27,774 nt of DNA from Coniocarpon cinnabarinum (Eukaryota): contig JAVECO010000030.1 of the NCBI GenBank assembly GCA_051942205.1, positions 124,001-151,774 of the forward strand, in the 5' to 3' direction. The notes beneath the pieces were generated by a model, which saw nothing but the letters and a program-made list of their open reading frames with translations, was not told the origin of the DNA and searched no databases. The first letter of the stretch is position 1. Each line of letters starts with the position of its first letter. The position numbers and the translations under genes were made by a program. Of the stretch, positions 21,855 to 27,774 are shown piece by piece.

Positions 21855-24800
21855 CTCTAGCTTAGAGCGTAATATTCTAAGTTTAAATAAACTTTAGTTT
21901 TAATTTATATTTTAGGTAAGTAAGATAAATTAGGTAAGAACTGCTCTAAATACTAGCGCTAATCTTAGCTCTAATTATAATATTAGTACTAAGACTAGGC
22001 TTAGAAGCTAGCTCTTAGCTAGATAATATATATATACCTTATACTTATAAAAGAATATACTCTTATTACTATACTATATATAAGTTATATAAACTAGTAT
22101 ATTATTATTATTATAAATATATTTATAGATAGCTATAATTAGTAGCTATCTACTATATATATATATATATACTATAACTTTATATATCTAGAACTATCTT
22201 AGTATACTAATATATCTTATATTATTATATTAATAGTACCTTACTTAAATAATAGTAATCTTACTTTATATCTAACCTACTTTTAAAAATAGACTATAAT
22301 TATAACTAACTCTATCTAATCTTATTCTTACTCTTATTAGTTTTATTTAAGTTTAAGGCTATTTTATATTTAATAGCTAGTATATTTAAAAAATTTTAAT
22401 TAAACTTAGTATCTAACTCTTAGTTTAAGTTTTAAATAAGGTAGTAATTTTACTAATAACTAGGTACTATATTCTAATATATAAAAAAATTATTAATTAT
22501 TATAGCTAATACCTTATTTTTATTATATAAAGAATTAGTAGTATTAAGTAGATAAAAGTAATTATACTTTACTAATACTAAGGTTAACCTACTACTCTTC
22601 TTTTATAAAATTATTAGTTATATATAAGTAGTTAGTATTATAAATATATTTAAGGTTAGTTAGTATAACTATAAATATACTTTTAGCTTTTATATCTATA
22701 GTATAGAAAGGTAATATCTATAAAACTAATTTTATTAAAGCTTATAACTTTAATTATAAACTTAAAAATATTATTAAGCTATAATTATTAAAAGTTAGTA
22801 TTAATATCTTACTTAATAACTTTAAAATTATAGTATTTTAAAAGCTTATTAGAAGGTTTTATATAAATATAGGTATTAACTTATATAGTATAAACTTCTA
22901 ATAAGTAATTCTTTTAGTTCTTATAATATATTTATACTTTAGTAATACTTATTTTAAAAAAAAAGGTATTATACTAAAGATCTTTAAAGGTTTAAAGAAT
23001 AAGTATATAGACTTATATATTATTAAGACTAGTAAAAAATTAGTAGTAAGTAAGTATTATAAAGTACCTTATAGCTTCTTTTTTAAAAACTTAAGTAATC
23101 TTTATTATATTCTTATATTCTAACTTAATATTTTTACTCTAAAAAGGTTTTAGTAGCTAATTAAAAAATAAGCCTTACTTTTTTTTTTTTTTTAAGTATA
23201 ATTTAGGCTTATTAGTAATATATTAATATTTATAAGTATATTTATAAGCTAGTATATTATGAGTATATTCATAACTTATATATTTATTAAGAGTAATTCT
23301 TATTTTAAGAATTTTTACTTTTTTTTCTTCTTATACTATATAATTCCTTATTTTTACTAGCTCTATATCTTATACTTCTAGATTACTATATATTAATAAT
23401 TTATAGTTACGCTACTTTTAGAATAGTAGGTTTTAAGCTTTAACTTATATATTAGATATAATATATTAAAAGCTTTAACTAGAACTTTAGTTTTATAATA
23501 TTAGCTTACTTAAGGTATATAATATTATAAAAGATAGATAATATAGTATAGATTAGAACTTTATAAATTAGCTTAAAATTATAATACTAGTATAAAATAG
23601 AGCTTTATTAAAAAGGCGCTTTTTACTTTATATAATTTTATTAGCTTATTTTTAGAAGTTTATTAAGTATTATACTTTAAAAAAAGTAATAATATTAGTA
23701 TAGTTACTACTACTACTAGACTTATTGTTATTATTATTATAGTAGTTATTAGCTTAGTAATATTTATTATAATAAGATATATTAGCTAGCTTATTTTAAG
23801 AGTTATTAGTTCTATTATATACTAATTACTTTTTTTAAGATAGAGTCTTTTTTTATTCTAATAAGAATAGGTTTATATATATAAGCCTTTAACTTATTCT
23901 AGTTCTAAATAATAATACTAATTATAATATATAAAGATATTTTAAGTTTTACTCTACCTTACTAGTTAATTTTTATATAAGTAGGTTTTACTATAAAAGA
24001 AAAAAGTATATAGTATAACTTAATATTTATAACTACTACTACTTTATACTACTATATATTATATATTAAAAAAGTATAGCCTTTCTAGTACTTTCTACTA
24101 TAGGTATTTAGTTATAAATCTTTTTTAGAAAGCCCTATAAAGCTCTATATATACTTTTTATTATATACTATTATAGTTCTCTTAAATTTAGTATCTACTA
24201 TTTTACTTAAGTGCTTCTTATCTAAAAAGCGTCTAATAAATTCTACCTATTCTTTAAGCTCTAACTTTATATTTTTAGTTATCTTTTTTTAGTAAGTATA
24301 CTTATAGATCTTACTAGTACCTAATACTTATCTTACTTAGTAGTATACTAAGAAAGATAGTAGATACTTCTTTTTATTAGATATCTTACTCTTAGAGTAG
24401 TATCTACTTTTATAAGTAGATAGTAAAGTAATAGGTTCTAGAATATTTATTTAATATAGAAGCTATAAAGACTAAAGCTATTATAAATATACTATAGCTT
24501 TAAATAAGAGTCTACCTAGATAAGGTTTACTATATTATATTAGTTAAAGCTAAAACTAAGATTAGTTATCTTACCTAAATAATTATAGTCTAAAAAATAA
24601 CCTAGTAATTATTAGTTAGAAAACTAATAGGGTAGGTACTAGCTTACTACCTATAGCCTAGTTAATATTTTTAAGTAACGCTATTTAGCGCTACTATATA
24701 AAACTAAGGTTATTAATTTTTTTTAACCTTATTTAGTTTATTCTCTATAATTAATAAGTATTATATACTATTCTAATTAAGAAAGTTTTTAATATAGAAA

Positions 24801-25874
24801 AGTTAAGAGTAAGAATTATTAACTATACAGAGTAATTAATAGAATTATAAAAGCTATAGAATAACTATCTATAAAAATAAGAGCTACCTATTTATATCTA
24901 GTTCTAGTTAATATAATTAGTAGAGATATAATATACTATATACTACCTATATCTTTTAGTTTATATTTATATAATATTTAATAATTATTAATAAACTATT
25001 TAGTAAAAGGTATAATAAGTTAAGTAATTATATTAATAGATTTTAAATAGAAAAATAGTAAAATAAAAAGGTGCTATAAAAGTAGAATTATAATACTATT
25101 TTTTTTTAAATTTAATTATTTTTAATTAAGGTAATAATATTAAGCTAGTATTAGATAGATCTTAGTTTTTATAAATATTTAGTATAAAAATATTTTAATT
25201 TTTTTTATATATAATTAAAGTATTTAATTAGATATTATTAGTAGTCTTTTAGATAGCTAAACTAAAAGGCTTATACTTTAATTTTTCTATAGAAGTTTTA
25301 AATATCTAAAATTTCTTATATTTATTACTTTTATTTATCTTTAATAATAATTAATTTTAGCTCTCTATATTTTTACCTATCTAAAGGTTTATTAAAATTA
25401 CTTAATAGTAGAGAAGTATAAAAAATATTATATATTTTTATTATTTTAGATAATTCTAGCTTATATAATTAATTATACTATTTTAATATTTTAAATAAAC
25501 TAAAGTATTTATAATTAAGTTTTTTTAAAAGTCTCTTTATTTAAATATACTTAGTATTTATCTAAACTTAATTTTTAAATATAAATTCTTTTTTAGAGTA
25601 GTATTAGTTTACTTAGTTAATTATTTATAACTATAACTTTTATATTACTTAATAAGCTTAGTTTTAAACTTTTTTAAAATAACTTATTATATTTTTTACT
25701 TTAGTTATTTAGACTCTTTAGTATATTAACTAGAAAAAATTAATATTATTTAATTTAATATTTAGCTTAAAACTAGTCTATAGTAAGTATCTATATATAG
25801 CTTTAAAAAATAATATTTTAGTTACTTTAAAAGTATAATTATTTATAAAGAACTTAATAATAAATAACTAGTAT

Positions 25875-26174
25875 TGTTATGCCCTAGCCTTGCACTAGCT
25901 CTAGAAAGAGCTAGGGGTAGGCTAGACCATAATATACGATTAGAACGTTAGGACTAATAGTATGCCTACCTTATATAATAAGTTAGATAGTAGTAGATAC
26001 CTACTATATAAGATACCTAACTAAGCGGCTATATACCTATAGTAGCTATCTTACCTACTAGTAGCTATCTATTTTAAAGCAGCTACTAGTAGTATATCTA
26101 TATATACCTTAGTCTATATAGTTAGACTAATAACTCTTCTTTATAGATAGTCTTTAGTTTATTAACTTATAACA
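25875..26174 (+). repeat. Putative 5' LTR (300 bp) of the Ty3/Gypsy element
   Basis: Begins TGTTAT and ends ATAACA (TG...CA termini, 6-bp perfect inverted repeat), directly upstream of the gag ghost. The second LTR is outside the window, so it cannot be confirmed by comparison. Confidence 0.7.
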
Positions 26175-27774
26175 AGTTTAGAATCTACTTTATTTTTCTA
26201 ATACTTAAATTATATTTCTTATTTCTTATTTATTAAGCCTTTTATTAGAGCCTATCTAATATAGTTACTTACTAGCTTCTTTTTTATTAGATAAGAATAA
26301 AAAAATATAGCTTAAGCCTTTATTTAGCTAAATGTAATACTTTAATAGACTCTAAAAAGAAACTAAAGTACTATATATAAGATATCTACTATATTTAAAC
26401 TAATTAGCTCTTACCTAGTATCTTAAGTAAGTAAGGTTAAAGTCTATAAACCTAAACCTTTTATAAAAAAATAAAGTAAACTTAATTAGTACTTATTTTA
26501 AGTATACTTATACTTTTATCTCTATTATAAGAAGTTTTAGTTTAAATAAGATAAAGTCTTATATACTATATTCTACCTTAAAAGTAATACTACTAAGTAG
26601 TTTAAGCCTTATCTTACTAAGTACCTTTATAAAAGCTATAAAGAATAGAGAAATAAGATAAATCTTTACTTTTAGAAATTTTTTAACTTTACTAGAGTCT
26701 TATAATATACTTATAGTAACCTTAATAAAAATTAGACTACTACTAAAAAGCTTAAATTCCTCTAGTAGACTAGATCTATTTAGTAATATATTACTAAATT
26801 TAAATAATATTCTAACTAACTAGATTAGAGAGAAAAAGCTTTTACTAATAAATTTTATTAAAGACTTAAGGTAAATATTAAAGATAAATTTATTTATATT
26901 GCTAAACCCTATAAAATCTAACCTTTAATAGATATTATAAAGAAAATTAATAATTAGTATTATAAAAGGTATCTAAAAAAAAGATTTTTATAACTATTAG
27001 ACTACTACCTTTTATAAGTATAAAAAAAACTAGAACTATAGAGAACTAATAGAATTAGATATAACTTAAAAGAAACTATAAAAAAAACTTAGTTAGAAAG
27101 AATAATAATACTAGATAAAGTTAGGCAACTACCTATATTATAATAAACCTAGATATTAAGTTAAGAATTATAATTAATAATAATAGATAAGTATAATAAC
27201 CTACCTTAATATAAAGTAATTCTTAGTAACTAATAAATTAGTCTTAAAAGACTATTAGATTAGTAGTAACTAATACTATATCTAGATTTTAGACTACCTA
27301 AAGAAGCCTATTAAAAGAATATAGGACTAGAAATAATAAAGTCTCTCTTAAAATAAGACTTAGTTACTTTAGTATAACTAAGACTTAGAATAAGAATAGA
27401 ATAAACTAGCTTTTATAAAAAACTAGCTAATTAAATTTTTTAAGCCTAAGAACCTTAAAAAGAATCTAATACTAATTAACTATAATACTATATCTTAGAT
27501 AGGATATTATAATAATAGATATATAATCTATAAATCTAATAAAGAAGGATCTAGGTACTATCTATAATAACCTAAGTTAAAATAATTCTTAGCTATAAAG
27601 ACTTAATCTTCTATACTATAGCTAGAGTATTAGAGTAATAATATAGCTATAACTCTAGATAAATCTTAGGTATATTAGTAAGTTAAGAATAAATACCTTA
27701 CTAATAAAAAAAGGATAGTAACTTAGATAATAATAGTATTACTAGTTCTAACTATTTAGTAGAAAAAGATATTA
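25875..27774 (+). mobile_element. RIP-inactivated Ty3/Gypsy LTR retrotransposon (5' LTR plus gag remnant; pol beyond the window)
   Basis: One frame from ~26430 to 26900 reads KVYKPKPF..KLN*YLF*VYLYF..DKVLYTIFYLKSNTTK*FKPYL..FY*RLKVNIKD. With only C>T/G>A reversions this becomes the gag pattern KPEPF..W-FEPY..FYQGLK. It is followed by an ELD motif (27052) and a CX2CX4HX4C knuckle ghost at 27130-27171 (TAC..TAT..AGA TAT..TAT). Confidence 0.85.

Larger units (their letters stand above)
19380..27774. repeat. AT-rich, RIP-degenerated repeat/transposon block extending beyond the window
   Basis: Abrupt rise in AT, strong TpA excess and near absence of CpA/TpG (CpG also rare). No ORF of 60 aa or more in the track after 19316. 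Transposon ghosts are recoverable by reverting transitions. Confidence 0.93.

Noticed and set aside
23179..23193. T15 run as a LINE poly(A) tail
   Set aside because: Homopolymer runs are common products of RIP in this block, and no LINE RT ghost or TSD is visible.
19380..27774. AT-rich block as a mitochondrial insertion (NUMT) or contaminant
   Set aside because: Specific CpA/TpG loss with TpA excess and a transition-only gag ghost indicate RIP. No mitochondrial genes or tRNAs were recognised.

Overview
Eukaryotic, intron-containing DNA from a filamentous ascomycete (Pezizomycotina-type 45-180 nt GT-AG introns with CTRAY branch points). Bases 1 to ~19.3 kb are gene-dense with roughly balanced GC. 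They encode seven recognisable genes: COY1/CASP golgin (partial, minus), a Vps3/TGFBRAP1-like CNH-domain tethering subunit, HSP104, RDH54/RAD54B (minus), a thioredoxin with a C-terminal extension, a Zn-dependent alcohol dehydrogenase and a secreted bicupin oxalate decarboxylase (minus). From ~19.4 kb to the end the DNA is an extremely AT-rich, CpA/TpG- and CpG-depleted block typical of RIP-destroyed repeats. It includes a 12-bp minisatellite and the 5' LTR plus ghost gag of a Ty3/Gypsy retrotransposon. The most notable observations are a 3-nt microexon inside the Mn-binding RELHWH motif of the oxalate decarboxylase, a candidate H/ACA snoRNA in a thioredoxin intron, a possible structure-controlled cryptic exon in the dehydrogenase intron 1, and a possible Cdc48-binding SHP box on the thioredoxin. 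All exon boundaries were read by eye and no database search was run. I cannot demonstrate a novel multi-gene system here.
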